From assembly GCA_964016885.1 (NCBI GenBank), contig OZ024742.1:355322001-355386000 (forward strand): 64,000 bases of DNA, in the 5' to 3' direction. The notes under the pieces are model-generated. The model was not told where the DNA came from. It ran no database searches and saw only the letters and a program-made list of their open reading frames with translations. Each line of letters opens with the position of its first letter. Positions within the stretch are counted from its first letter, which is position 1. This document shows, in pieces, positions 1 to 13,399 of the stretch. The DNA is from Eledone cirrhosa. Lineage: Eukaryota. The position numbers and the translations under genes were made by a program.

Positions 1-85
1 TTATGTTAAAAAAGTGGCTCCAGCGGTATTAAAATAAGTTTTGCGCTAATTCGTGTTGCAAAAATTCTTGTGGTCAAAACAATTT

Positions 86-136
86 TGATTGGTCGGTAGA
101 GGTCATGTGAATGTAAAAAATTGATTTTGCGCCAAA
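86..136 (+). promoter_or_regulatory. Possible Pol II promoter motif cluster (reverse CCAAT, M-box/E-box, E2F-like site)
   Basis: TGATTGG at 86-92, GTCATGTGA at 102-110 and TTTTGCGCCAAA at 125-136 occur within 50 bp. A GTAAGT donor-like motif follows at 388-393. Motif evidence only. Confidence 0.3.
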
Positions 137-287
137 TGTAGGTTTGTGTCGGCTGACTGAGAAATGACTCTTTCACAACAAATACGTGTGTGTGTAGTAG
201 TAGTAAAGTGTTCGTTGTTGTGATAATGGTCGGGCAGGGATGTGTGTGCGACCCGCAGCTGGTTGACAGTTCAAATGCCTATTAGGA

Positions 288-290
<3 letters not shown>

Positions 291-342
<52 letters not shown>
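291..342. repeat. (GT)n microsatellite
   Basis: Uninterrupted GT run. Many further (AT)n/(GT)n tracts at about 755-870, 1333-1400, 2805-2840, 3110-3270, 11100-11485, 27955-28110, 28180-28360, 30020-30075 and 32190-32356. Confidence 0.95.
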
Positions 343-344
<2 letters not shown>

Positions 345-1356
345 CAGAGTAATTCATGGTAGAGGGACAGTCAGTAGGAATGTGTCTGTAAGTGAGTGGG
401 GGATATTTTAACATGTTAAAAGATATTTTTCAGCTCTTGTCTTATACGGAGAAGTGTGCGTGTGTGTGTGTGTGTATGCCTCTTTGTATGTTAATGTACG
501 CGTCTGTATGTGTTTGTATATATGTGTGCGTGTGTGTGTGTGAGTCGACCAGTATTTTTTCCTGGTAAAATGGTGTATCTTATTCGATATTTTCAGTAAA
601 ATCGATTCTCTCAATAGAACATCAAAAATCTTAATAATAAAAGGTGTGAAATGATATGTAGTATTGGCATAATACCAAGGTGTGTGTGAGTGTGTGGGTG
701 TGTCCAGATTGTACGTACCGAAAGGCAGATCCCTTAGGCCTTGCCGTATTGGAATATATATATATATATAAATATATGTGTGCATATCTGTGTGTATATA
801 TATATATATTTATATATGTGTATATATATATATATATATATACGTGTGTGTGTGTGTGTGTGTGTGTGTTTATATGGCATGTGAAATCCGACATATTAAA
901 GTAAGAGAAAGTTGAATTAATTAAATATCCGCCTAAGCGTAGATAATTTATTCAAAAGTAAATAGTTATCAGAGACAAAAAAAATATGAGAAAAGTTGGT
1001 TTCATGCTCCAAAAGAATAGAGATATTAATTTTTGGGGATTGAAATTTGACATTACAATAGCTAGTTGAGACAAAGAATGAGAAGGAGACATGAAACTGA
1101 GAGAAATATAGTGGAAGGCTGTAAAGTTAAGTTTTGCCAGCAATATTAGCCTTATGGTAAGTTCCACTGTATTTGGCAACACACAAGGTATCTGCACCGT
1201 TTGACTCGCACTTTTATTTCTCTCGTAGTGTTTCACTTCTTTTTGCTTTTCTGGTGAATTTAGTAAGAAACGTTAAGAGGTTTTTTTAATCTCTTTAACC
1301 GTATTGAATATTCATCAAAGTGTTGTCCTTGTTATATATATATATATATATATACA

Positions 1357-1404
<48 letters not shown>

Positions 1405-1514
1405 AAAACATATGAAATCGAAAATGTAACTGGAGTCTTTTTAAGACGGGTTTCACAGTTATTATGCTTTTCAAAATTAGAATTGAGATGGGGTGTTTGT
1501 GGTTTTTCCCGCAC

Positions 1515-1941
1515 CTATAAATATATATATGTATTTAATTTATATATTAAAAATAGACGGGACCCGACGGTGGAGCTCTTGCCGTATCAACAGCTAGTTC
1601 CAGACGTCAGGAACTACCTGTTGAAAGGGCATGGGCTCCACAGATGGATCCTGGCACTTTATAATATAATAATACTCTACAGCATAATATAAAAATACTC
1701 AAGACATCCATTGAGTAATGGTTTAACAAGCTTCAAACTAAACCCATCCTGATACATATTTATACATATACTAAAATTGGGACAATTTTAGTATATGTAA
1801 CTTATGTAATGAAGATTCCATATGCCAGACACAGTTTATTCCAACGTGTCTCCTTCACCATCCTCCGAGAAAACGCCTTATCTATTCTTTTCACCGGGCC
1901 TTGGGGTAGCCAGTACGTGGGTTTCTGTTTGCTTCTAATAG
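1515..1941 (-). repeat. ~420-bp dispersed repeat attached to a SINE tail; inverted copy at 26778-27190
   Basis: Near-identical reverse-complement copy at ~26778-27190, also visible as matching spurious ORFs 1483..1692(+) and 27023..27226(-). Contains a ~67-nt hairpin at ~1573-1638. Confidence 0.85.
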
Positions 1942-2127
1942 TTGTTTCTACTTTTGGCACAAGGCCAGCAATTTTCACAGTTTATTGCTGGTAATATATT
2001 TTATCGACCCCGTAAGGATGAAAGGCAAAGTTAACCTCGGCGTTATTTGAACTCAGATCGTAAAGGCCCGTAACTACATGCTATAAAGCATGCCGTCCAA
2101 CCTCATAACGATACTGTCAATCCACCG
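1942..2127 (-). mobile_element. tRNA-derived SINE (octopus-type)
   Basis: Minus strand shows an A-box-like TTGACAGTATCG, B-box GAGTTCAAAT, core GCCTTTCATCCTTACGGGGTCGATAAA and tail GGCCTTGTGCCAAAAGTAGAAACAA. More than 10 copies in the window. Confidence 0.85.
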
Positions 2128-2802
2128 TGAGATTTGTAAAGATCAAAAGATTGGAAGAGAGAGAAAATGAACACACACGCGCATTTGATAAGACAACGAT
2201 AGATGTTATATACAACACCTATTTAATGTCTTTACAATTTAGCAGATGTACTAACAAGTGAAACGATAGGAGAGGTTTAATTGTTTATTCTAAACAATGA
2301 GTGCCCACGTGATGGCCGCCCCACGGCCGGAGCGGATTTATTAGCGTACTTATGTGCAGCAAATATGTCAACGAAATGAATACTTGGAAAATATAGAAAC
2401 ATTTAAGGACTTTAGTTGTGTAACTATTTTGTATTAACAGCTAAGGGAATGTAACGTGTCTAAATCCCCTAATCGGCTTATTACATTCTGGAACACCTTT
2501 TCTGTTGCAGTTAGCACGTATTTGATTTGTACTTTCTAAAAGGGTTATTTTCCACATATTCTCAGTTGTACAAATATTAACATCATTTTATTTGTAACAC
2601 CCATTATTACCACAGCATTGTGTATCAGTTGCGAAAATACAGAGAAATGAAAGCAATTCTAGAGAAATTTTACCAGTATCTATATTAGCAGTTGCTAATA
2701 GGAGAGCACGGCGAAGTTTTCTAAGACAGATTGAACTACTGTGATTGGACCGTCGAGAGTGGCATGGCAATTAGTAGCGGCGTAGGTTACGGGAACTTGA
2801 CG

Positions 2803-2840
<38 letters not shown>

Positions 2841-2842
<2 letters not shown>

Positions 2843-3078
2843 GATATTAAATAAATGGAAACTATATTTATAAAACCATATTTATTTCATTATATATATT
2901 TCAGGGATATCATATTAACAATATGTTATGCCTTCTTCAGACAAAATACAATATAAAACTGTCTATATTGTATTTTGTCTGAAGAAGGCATAACATATTG
3001 TTAATATGATATCCCTGAAATATATATAATGAAATAAATATGGTTTTATAAATATAGTTTCCATTTATTTAATATCGT
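2841..3078. mobile_element. Palindromic (foldback) Penelope-derived element, 115-bp arms, in (TA)n
   Basis: 2841-2955 is the reverse complement of 2964-3078 with an 8-nt spacer. Each arm carries a hammerhead motif. Confidence 0.75.
2971..3036 (+). ncRNA. Type I hammerhead ribozyme motif (mirror copy on minus strand at ~2883-2948)
   Basis: TATTTTGT-CTGAAGA-AGG...CCT-GAAA-TATATA-TA-ATGAAATA: core boxes, palindromic stem III, 8-bp stem I with 2 GU pairs. Confidence 0.6.
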
Positions 3079-3107
3079 AAATATACTCCAAATTTAAATA
3101 TAACTTT

Positions 3108-3142
<35 letters not shown>

Positions 3143-3205
3143 AGCGTGAAGCTAATAAACCTTTATTTGTCTACCTGTCTGTTTTTGTTCACGTCCAACT
3201 TTTCG

Positions 3206-3270
<65 letters not shown>

Positions 3271-3272
<2 letters not shown>

Positions 3273-4026
3273 ACGTAAAGTAAGAACATTTCTTAAAAAA
3301 AAAAAAAATCTATTTTTTTTAATTTACTTACTTACTTAAATTTTCACTCCAACTAATTAGTTTCTGCAATGGGATAAAGACAGTTACGTAATGATCCGTT
3401 GAGAATTTCATTGCGTCATCAGCCGAGTCTCCAGGCGATGCGCGGACACTGGGGACTCATATAAAAATAATAATAATTCGGCAACTGGAACAGCTATCGA
3501 GGACTGGATTCCAGCCACTGAAAATTCTCACTGCCACTGATCATATGGCCGATTCTAAAGAATCAATCACGTGACACAGAGGCTAGTCAGTAGGAATGGG
3601 ATGGTAAGATGACAGACGCCTACTAACAACCCCAACAACTTCTAAATTGTTGTGGGGGGTGTTAGTAGGCGTCTGTCATCTTACCATCCCTTTCCTACTG
3701 ACTAGCCTCTGTGTCACGTGATTGATTCTTTAGAATCGGCCATATGATCAGTGGCAGTGAGAATTTTCAGTGGCTGGAATCCAGTCCTCGATAGCTGTTC
3801 CAGTTGCCGAATTATTATTATTTTTATATGAGTCCCCAGTGTCCGCGCATCGCCTGGAGACTCGGCTGAGAATGACCTCCCTGATGACGCAATGAAATTC
3901 TCAACAGTTCATTACGTAACTGTCTTTATCCCATTGCAGAAACTAATTAGTTGGAGTGAAAATTTAAGTAAGTTAATTTAAAAAAAAAAAATTTTTCTTT
4001 TTAGGAAATTTTCTTATTTTACGTCT
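3271..4026. mobile_element. ~755-bp palindromic Penelope-like non-autonomous element
   Basis: Arms 3271-~3638 and ~3648-4026 are near-perfect reverse complements (AGACGTAAA...TTTTACGTCT). (TA)n on the left. Hammerhead in the right arm. Confidence 0.8.
3877..3956 (+). ncRNA. Type I hammerhead ribozyme motif with long stem II
   Basis: CTCC-CTGATGA-CGCAATG...CATTGCA-GAAA-CTAATTAG-TT-GGAG. Stem I CTCC/GGAG; palindromic stem III ACTAATTAGT. Confidence 0.75.
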
Positions 4027-4028
4027 TA

Positions 4029-4532
4029 TATATTATTGTTCTGCATTCTCCTGCATTGAACCACCTAGGTAGTATGACATGACCTGTGTATTTGCTGGCA
4101 TTAGCGTACATCTGTGCGCTTATGTTAGTAGATATATTAAAATATCTATATATATATATATATATATTTATACTCGGTTACTCACTTGCATGTTCCATTG
4201 TCCTATGTTCCCCCACTATCTGGTATGTTTAGCTTTTTTTCTCTTTCTTCCTCTCTCCTCATTACCTTTCCCCCTTTTTTCCTTCCTCCTTTCTTCTTCT
4301 ATTTCCTTCCTTTTTATTTATTTCCCTCCTGGCCTTTTGATTGAGAAAAGGCCTTTGGCGCACCGATGATGGCTTATAGTTGTCATGTAATAACCGCCGA
4401 AACATCTTGATCTCGATTTTACAGCTGACGAAGGATTTATTTTCTTCTTTTATCTTCTTCTCTTCCTTCGTCCATACTACCATCTTAAACTTTGTTTACA
4501 GTAACCACACAGCTTCTTTCATTTCTTATAAT

Positions 4533-4564
<32 letters not shown>

Positions 4565-4678
4565 ATTTAGTATATCTACTAACATATGCGTACAGATGTA
4601 CGCTAATGCCAGCAAATACACAGGTTATGTCATAGTACCTAGGTGGTTCATTGCAGGAGGATGCAGAACAATAATATA
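4029..4678. repeat. Inverted repeat, ~115-bp arms (4029-4143 / 4565-4678), around a pyrimidine-rich core
   Basis: TATTATTGTTCTGCATTCTCCTGCATTGAACCACCTAGGT... versus ...ACCTAGGTGGTTCATTGCAGGAGGATGCAGAACAATAATA. Confidence 0.8.
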
Positions 4679-4680
4679 AA

Positions 4681-5133
4681 AGACGTAAAATAAGAAAATT
4701 TTAAAAAATCTTTAAAAAATTAACTTACTTACTAAAATGTTCACTCCAACTAATTAGTTTCTGCAATGGGATAAAGACAGTTACGTAATAAACTGTCGAG
4801 AATTCATTGCGTCATCAGGGAGTCTATTCTCAGCTAAGTCTCCAGGCAATGCGTGGACACTGGGGACTCATATAAAAATAATAATAATTCGGTAGATGGA
4901 ACAGCTAGCGGGGATTGGATTCCATGTACTGAAAAGCTCGCTGTCGCTGGTCAAATGGCAGATTCTAAAGAATCAATCACGTGACACTGAGGCTAGGCAG
5001 TAGGAGTGGGATGGTAAGATGACAGAAGCCTACTAGCACACCAATAAATTAGTAGTGGTTTTGGCAGGTTTGCTCAACAAATAAGTAATTTGGAGATAAA
5101 TATATAAATTTTTTAAAATGTTCTTATTTTACG

Positions 5134-5136
<3 letters not shown>
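4681..5136 (-). mobile_element. Diverged copy of the 3271-4026 element; hammerhead on minus strand at 4744-4822
   Basis: 4681-5043 aligns to 3271-3635. A short inverted terminus TTCTTATTTTACGTCT ends at 5136. Confidence 0.8.
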
Positions 5137-5169
<33 letters not shown>

Positions 5170-5176
<7 letters not shown>

Positions 5177-6420
5177 TAAATCCACCAATCAATGGTAGGG
5201 TCCAAGCCGTATAAAGAAATCAATGTAATCCGTATGTAGAAGATGTCGTGAAGCAAAGTTTAAAATACAAAATTTCAACGATATATAATTCATTGGAAGC
5301 AGAGTCAAAATAATACAAACAGTGCAAACAATGAAATTAAACAACATACGGGTAATTCATAGTAAAACTCATTATTTTACGATCGTTTCTGGAAGATACT
5401 TCTCCGTATGTTCATTCCATTAGTGATCTATTTATAAATCTATGATAAATTATCAAAATAAGAAAATATACATACGTCTTCCCTAGCTGCCGTCTTCAGA
5501 AATAATGAGTTTTGTTTATTGAAGAATATAACAACATGTATGAACAAGAAACATTTTAGGAACAAGGTTGAGCTTGACCAATAGTAAAAATAGGAAGTGG
5601 CACTATAGATCATTAAGCTCGGAGTAGTAGATGAATAAATTAGCAGTCAGGGGATGAGGTATCGAATGACCTTTAAGAAAAAAAAGAAAGTTGCGAGTGT
5701 AAAGGAATTTAGACAGTGTGTCAAGAAAGATTAAAGTCGGAGGAAAAGGGTGCAGATATCAGTGTGTTATATCTAGTAGAATAGTATAGAACAATCCTAA
5801 ATATTTGTTATCCCTTTGTTCAAGAGGAATAATTTGTTCTAAAAATAGAACAATTAGAGGAATATAGATGGAACCAAAGAAAAGTAAATTTTAGATAAAA
5901 TAATATATAGGTAATAAAAAATAAAATTTGTGTAAGTATTGTATCGTGTTAGAGTGGTCAGAATGGATATTTACTTGTATACCATTTTATTTTCGAATAA
6001 GAAATTTCAATAATAATCTGGTTTTCTTAATAGGTTTAAATGCATGTCTGTTAAAGTTTGGTTAGGGTGTTGAATATAATGTAACATATAGTGCTCATTA
6101 ATAATTAATTATTTAAAACAGGTATAGGAATGGGATATAGGATTAATTCTAATAGCAAAACATATATACGCACATATATTTTTTTTTTCTTTTATATTTT
6201 TTTCTTTATTTATTTAGTTGTATTTATAATACTTGAATGTCTTTCTAATTCTATGGTTACATGCGATAATTAATTCCTGTCTTTTATTTAATAGAATGTA
6301 TTTCGTTTTAGTAATTTCAAAAATGTCTTGGGAACATAGTCCACACTCCTTTCTATTGCCCTGATAAGAAATGGTTCTTTTGAGAATCTTCCAAGCTAGG
6401 TTAAAATTAATTTTCTTCTT
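5170..6420 (-). mobile_element. Penelope-like element 3' fragment (C-terminal endonuclease region plus hammerhead)
   Basis: Minus strand 6408-6241 translates to NFNLAWKILKRTISYQGNRKECGLCSQDIFEITKTKYILLNKRQELIIACNHRIRK, matching the W..L...C.LC..E...LLNKR.EL...C.H tail of Penelope-like GIY-YIG regions. Hammerhead lies downstream. Confidence 0.75.
5364..5513 (-). ncRNA. Type I hammerhead ribozyme motif with 14-bp stem I
   Basis: Minus strand: AAAACTCATTATTT-CTGAAGA-(~100-nt stem II region)-GAAA-CGATCG-TA-AAATAATGAGTTTT. Confidence 0.8.
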
Positions 6421-6593
6421 ATATATTAAATATTAAATCTTCTTATTAATATCTACATTGTTTCTTTCCAGAGACTATGCTGAAAAATAAATCTCATGTT
6501 GTCATTCCTTGAGAGTATCTTTGTCAGCCTATGAAACAGTTATGCTGGAGCTGTGAAATCGTGCAGGCATAATTTCAACTCTTCTTATTAATA

Positions 6594-6775
6594 ATTGTTT
6601 CTATGTTTGGCACAAGGCCAGGAACCATCCCATTACATTAATAGTACTTTATTTTATCGGCCCCTAAGGATGAAAGGCAAAGTTAACCTCGAGGGGATTT
6701 GAACTCAAGCCATAAAGGGCCGTAACTCTTTGCTGCAAACATGGCGTCCGACCCTCTACCGATACTGCCAATCCA
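6594..6775 (-). mobile_element. tRNA-derived SINE
   Basis: Same A/B boxes, core and tail as 1942-2127, with an (ATT)-like tail. Confidence 0.85.
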
Positions 6776-7510
6776 TTAATAATGGTGTTCCTTTTCTCTA
6801 AGGGATATGCTGAGAATAAACTTCATTTGGTTATTCCATGAAACTTTTCAGCCAACACTCATATTTACAATGGCATCTCGGAAGCGTTTTTCTACAAGTA
6901 TTATATTTATCATGAGTTATCGTTTGCCAGGTTAATTCTGTTAGACATTGATTTCCTAAATAAACCGTCATAAACTGATTATGCAAATTGGTATTTTCAA
7001 ATCGAATCATATTTCTCTTAATTCAATAATTTATTTCGCAAATAAATATGATGATCTATTTCATGTTATTTTCTATATTTCCAAAGTTAACAGTACGACA
7101 TGTCCATAGATCTGTAGTGAAACAGATACTTACCTACATGCACAGATACTCAGACAAATAACAACACACTTTCACTCTCGCAGGCACATACCACACACAT
7201 TGCTATGTGTGTGTGTATATATATAGAGATATATCTCCCCCTATCTCTCTTTCAGTCTCTCTCTCTCCCTCCATATATATATATTTATATGTATATATAT
7301 ATGGGCGTGTGCGAGTGTGTATTTTTGTGTATGTGTACATATTTATATGTGTGTGTGTGTGTGTGTCTGCGTGAGAGAGTTATATGTGTGTGCGTGTGTG
7401 GTATGTGTGTGTGTGCATATATATAAATTGTATTTTCTAAGAAATGAATTGCAGATATTGAAGATACAGATGATGGATTGATAAGATCAGACAATTGGAT
7501 GGTTGATAAG

Positions 7511-8045
<535 letters not shown>

Positions 8046-9475
8046 TATGCCCATATATCATGATTTATAGGTATTGGTTGAACTTCTGTATTGTAAATAA
8101 CATTTTTGCACAAAAAAGTTTTCGTCATCGTCGTTTAGACAATCGAAATCGATAAAGACTCTGACATGTTTTTCCATTTTTATTATGTTTTATGGTATTG
8201 TGTTGGTTGTTTACCAAATGTCTGCCTGGTCCAACTGAGTGTACTTATTCTATACAGACTGAGTGAAGATTCATGAAGCAAACCTGAAAATATAGACATT
8301 GTACTGAATCAGTAGACAATCTGGTTTAAATGTGAATTGTATCCTTGTAGTGATGAATGGAAGGTGTGAACAGAACATGCCTTATGTGGGTTTCCGTAAA
8401 TACAGAAGGACACCACACCATTAATGAATATAAATGGAATTTCTTATTCAGTTTGTTAACAAACACAGGAAACTTGCAACTTACTCTTATCCTCCCAACC
8501 AAAATCTGAATAGCTTTTATAAGTTTAAACAATCAAATATATTGATAGAATGAAAAAAGTAAGCTGTTGTCGGAATGAGATTATGCGAAAAAAGGTTTCA
8601 ATCAGTATTTAGACCCGTTAGTAAATTTGATTTACTTTTAGAATTTGTTGGTGGTTATCACTATACCACGTGAGTTACGTTACATGATTAATCGCATGTA
8701 TATTACATTATATATAAACATATAACTTAGAAGTGTATATATGGTCGATTGAGCATATACAGCCTTCTTCATTGGATCAATCACTGCAATGACAAATACA
8801 CATGTTGTCCTTGGCGTGGTGGTGGTTGTGGGCCACGAACTATCTCTGCAATCAAGGAAAATTGAAAAGTTTCCATCTGAGTAGTCAGATATATTTTCAA
8901 CGGGGGAACAAATGAAATCGCTTTAAATATTTCCCCACGCTAACACCGTATATCGGGAAATCGTTGTACGAGTGTGTCAGCAAGATATAGAAATACTCCC
9001 AGAAATAAACCTATCGCAAATCAATACAGAGGGTGAGTGATTTTGAGATAGGCACGTTTACCCGAATGAAAAATAAGTCCTTTCAATAACTAGATTGTTA
9101 TATATCAGTATCCTTCTCAGCACAGTAATTTCATTCCTATTTCTAGATCCAGATGGAGTCACGACAGCCGTCGTAATATAAAATGTTTTTGTGTCGATTT
9201 AAATGTGGCGGAGCCTATTTCCTGCTCAGAATTGATTTCATCTGCAGAGGGCAAGTGAACAGAAGAATGGAGTTATAAAGAATGGATAGGACACTGTACT
9301 AGGTTTGTACATCATTTATCGATCAGAAAAAAGGCAAACATTGTCCTCGACGTGATTCCTAGTTAGAGGACAGGTATCGCCAAACGAATACCACAAAACA
9401 TTTCATCTGACACAAATAATTCGGAGACACAAAGCAGACTTTTTTTAGAAACAGCCAGCGAAATGGAAAATTGTG

Positions 9476-9772
9476 GTAACATGTTCTTACGCCGTATTTG
9501 ATTAAATAGAATTAGTCTGTTAGTTCGGATTTAAAAGAAACCACTGCTTTTGTCTTCCTATTTATATACATATATATACCTGCTTTGGTTATATAGATTC
9601 GAATTGAATGAAAGAAGCATGGGTGGCCTGTTGGTGTAATCATAACGTATGGGTCCGGCAGACCAAAGTTGTGGGTTCGTGTCCCATGTCCGACAATACT
9701 CCTCCTCTTATTTTTAAATCCCAAATAACGTACTAATTTTATTTAGTCAAATACGATGTAAGCCCATGTTAC
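9476..9772. mobile_element. MITE-like element with ~61-bp inverted termini enclosing a tRNA-like sequence
   Basis: 9476-9536 and 9712-9772 are imperfect reverse complements. Internal TGGTGTAATC (A-box-like) and GGGTTCGTGTCCC (B-box/T-arm-like) at ~9625-9695. Confidence 0.6.
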
Positions 9773-9828
9773 TACCTAATTCCATATATATATATATATA
9801 GATATACACACACACACATATATATATA

Positions 9829-10448
9829 CTAGCCGAATTACCTGCGCTTTGCTGCGTTTCACTAATATTTATTGTAAGAATATGATGATTGATTTTAAAT
9901 CAGTGATATAATTTATGGAGAAAAACTCTGCATTTCAATATCACATAATAAATACATGAAAAATATATTTCATAATTTGTCCTAATGAAGAACTTCAGGG
10001 TAAACAACATTTCTTGATTGGCTAAAATGTAGAGATTTTTTGAAGTTCCAGTCCCTGAAACAGCCACATAAAATATGCCATGACTGAAACATGCGTTTGA
10101 CAGATCTATACCAATAGATTTGAAAGTTGGACCTTGACTCTTATTGTTGCTCATGGCAAAGCATGTCCTCACTGGGAACTGCAGCCTCTTAAATGTAAAA
10201 GGCAATTCGCTATTCGTATAAATGGAATCCTTGGAATGAAAAGAGCCTGACCTTTGTAAGCCCCGAATATAATGGTTGCTTCAATCAAGTTCTCATGCAA
10301 TCTTGTTACAACACATCGTGTTCGATTTATTGGTCAAACTTTACACTATAGGGGGGTTTAACCCCCATTAGGTGTCTTAATATTATTGAATGTTGTTGAA
10401 ATATTGTGAATAGGCATCATATCTTTTCATTTACTTTATATATATAGA
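9829..10448 (-). mobile_element. Non-autonomous Helitron with PIF1-helicase C-terminal remnant
   Basis: Minus strand starts TCTATATATATAAAG (10448) and ends with a GC-rich hairpin-like stretch then CTAG (9829), between A and T. ORF 9900..10205 FKRLQFPVRTCFAMSNNKSQG...FSHGIFYVAVS matches the PIF1/RepHel terminal motifs. Confidence 0.85.
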
Positions 10449-11176
10449 TACATATATACATAGAGAGAGAGGGAGGGAGAAAGCGAGAGAGACAGAGATA
10501 ATGATTTTACTACCAGAATGTGGTTTCTATCTTACAATATAGAAGTAGTGATCAACATATTTTTCGTTCATGGATTAACGCGAATGTCATCCAGAGATGT
10601 TAAATAATATTCAATAATTTCAGCGTTTCTTTTTGATTTTGAAATTAACTTTTACTATTAAGTAATTTCTAATTTTATCTCCAATTCTTTACAGCTAATT
10701 CTGCAAAGATATATAAATATATAGATAGTACTTAGATACGTACAGTAATCCCCATTAATGTTTTACAATTTCAGTGCAGATTAAAGTAGATTTTTCAGTT
10801 GTGCTGTCACATCTTTTGATGTTATTTTTCTTGGATTAAGCACTCTATAAGAACTAATGAAGCTAACATTTTTTCCAATCAAAATCACGTTTTACTGCAA
10901 CTACGTATTTCTAACGAACATTATGTTTATTCTAACATTTATTTTTCAATGAACATATTTGTAATGGCAGGAATGTTTTTCCCTTTTATACAAGTGTTAA
11001 CTTCAAACATAAAAAATACGTTTTTCTTTTTTTTTTCTTATATTATAGCGTATGTGATTTAATGCACAGACACATAGACACATAGACAAACAGCCATACA
11101 CATATCTATCTATCTATCTATCTATCTATATATATATTTATCTATATATCTATCTATATATATATGTGTGTGTGTT

Positions 11177-11265
<89 letters not shown>

Positions 11266-11282
11266 CTGTATATATATATACG

Positions 11283-11357
<75 letters not shown>

Positions 11358-11384
11358 GTATGTACGTATATGTGTATATGTATA

Positions 11385-11488
<104 letters not shown>

Positions 11489-11626
11489 CTGCCATTATAG
11501 AAGAAATAATAATGTTTGAAAGAACAGGGAAAGCGCAGGGAATTGTTTATTTTGTTTTCTTAGGGCTTATCATACTATAAAACCAAGTATTTAAGACTGA
11601 AACTTGATTTATGTGACTTTCAATTA

Positions 11627-11797
11627 TTTGTTTCTGATTTAGGCACAAGGTCAACAATATTGGGGGAGGGGAATATCGATTAAATTGATCCCAGTACATT
11701 ACTGGTACTTTATTTTATCGAACTCGTAATGATGAATGGCAAAGCTAACCTGTGCAATGAATCCTGTTGTCGGAATCCCCACCGATACTGCCATTCC
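11627..11797 (-). mobile_element. tRNA-derived SINE (degraded)
   Basis: GGCACAAGG...GGTACTTTATTTTATCGA...GGCAAAG...GATACTGCCATTCCAC. Confidence 0.75.
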
Positions 11798-13399
11798 ACA
11801 GTACTGCGATATTACGAAAAGAGACACGTCACTTTAAAACGCTTTAATCTTGTTATCCACGTTCTCGTTTTCCTAATATTAGTAAAAGCTCGGGTTAATT
11901 ATGTATTTTGCAAAGCAGTTATATTTTGTAAAATCTAAATCAAATTTTAAAATGCAGAAATGTGTCGTTTATGAGCCTGCTAAAATGTTTCTATGTAAAA
12001 CAGTAACAAAGGAAGTTTTCTTTAAATATATATGTAGCAGCATGTTGTATTTATTTGTTTTTCTACATCTTCTTGTTTGTCTCCTTCCTTTTGATAATTA
12101 TCAAGTACATTATGTTCCTTTAAAATATAAACTAAAATATCTATCATTGTTCCTTGAAAACAGCTTCTGTCAATTCCACTATATAACATTATTGACACTG
12201 GAAAATAAAACGTAAGTTTCACACCTGAGGTGAATTGAATTCTGAACACGAAGTTTTAATTACAAATATAGATTTCTATGTATTAATCGCTTCAAAAATA
12301 TTAACGTATCGCTTGCAGTCATCCTATTAGTTCCTCCTGGATAAAAAAAAACGAAACACTAATTCCTGTTCAGCAATTATTCTGGAATAAAGCTGAAATA
12401 TATCTCAATACTTAGGAAGGTATATATGTATGAATGTCGCGTCACTCTTGAGTGCTACTGATAACATGTAACCCAGTACAACCTGTCGCATCGTCGGGTC
12501 GTCAGTGGCTAAACCGGCAACCACACCAAGTTTAATTGGTGAGGAGTGTGATTTTGGACAGCCTGCAGGACATAAACCAAAACCTGACAAAGGGCGGAAG
12601 AACTCATAAAGACAACGGCCATCCAAAAGTGTGTAAATATGTATATACACATGTAAATATATATGTATATGTGTATATACATGGGTGCATGTGTAATTAT
12701 AAGCGCGGAGACATATAAATAGTCGGATGGACACCCGATCGCGCGGTTAAACCACTGGGAGTGAAGCACTCCTAGCCTTTGTCAGGGCATTCTTCTAGGA
12801 GAAGGCAACTCAGGAAATTGGGATAACTCCGATATAAAACCTGAGGCTCAGTTGTTACCAATGATTTTGATTGTTTGTTCTTTTCGGGTTATAGCTACTG
12901 TCGTTCAGAGAGTGGGATTGGCTCAGTTCAGAGTCTTTCCTCACTTTCCAAAATATCTTCAAGCACAGGCATTGCACGATAGAATTAATTAAGAATTATT
13001 AATAATGCTATATCGTGCAATGGCTATACTCGATAACGAGGGAGCAGCCATCATGAATGTATGTATGTATGTATGTTCTGGTTTTATAATTTCACAAATG
13101 TATGCCAATAAGAGAGATTCGGTTTCTAACATAGTTACAATACTCTCTCATTGGAATTTACACATCAACTAGGTAGATATGTATGCATGTATGCACATAT
13201 GTAGGCATACATTGTATCCATTGGACGATGTACGTGTGTGACTTGAAACCCTCGAATGCAGTCGGACTACTCGTATAGTCTCTAATATTTCAGCATCGAT
13301 TATGATGGAGTGGTCATGTAGTGAGAATGGATGTTATTGTATGTGTTGATGTGTATGTTTTGAGTTGTATATGTACATACGTATATGCGTTTATTAGAT

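Noticed and set aside
9625-9695. Functional tRNA gene (also the SINE heads)
   Set aside because: Acceptor stem and D-arm cannot be completed; only promoter-like boxes remain.
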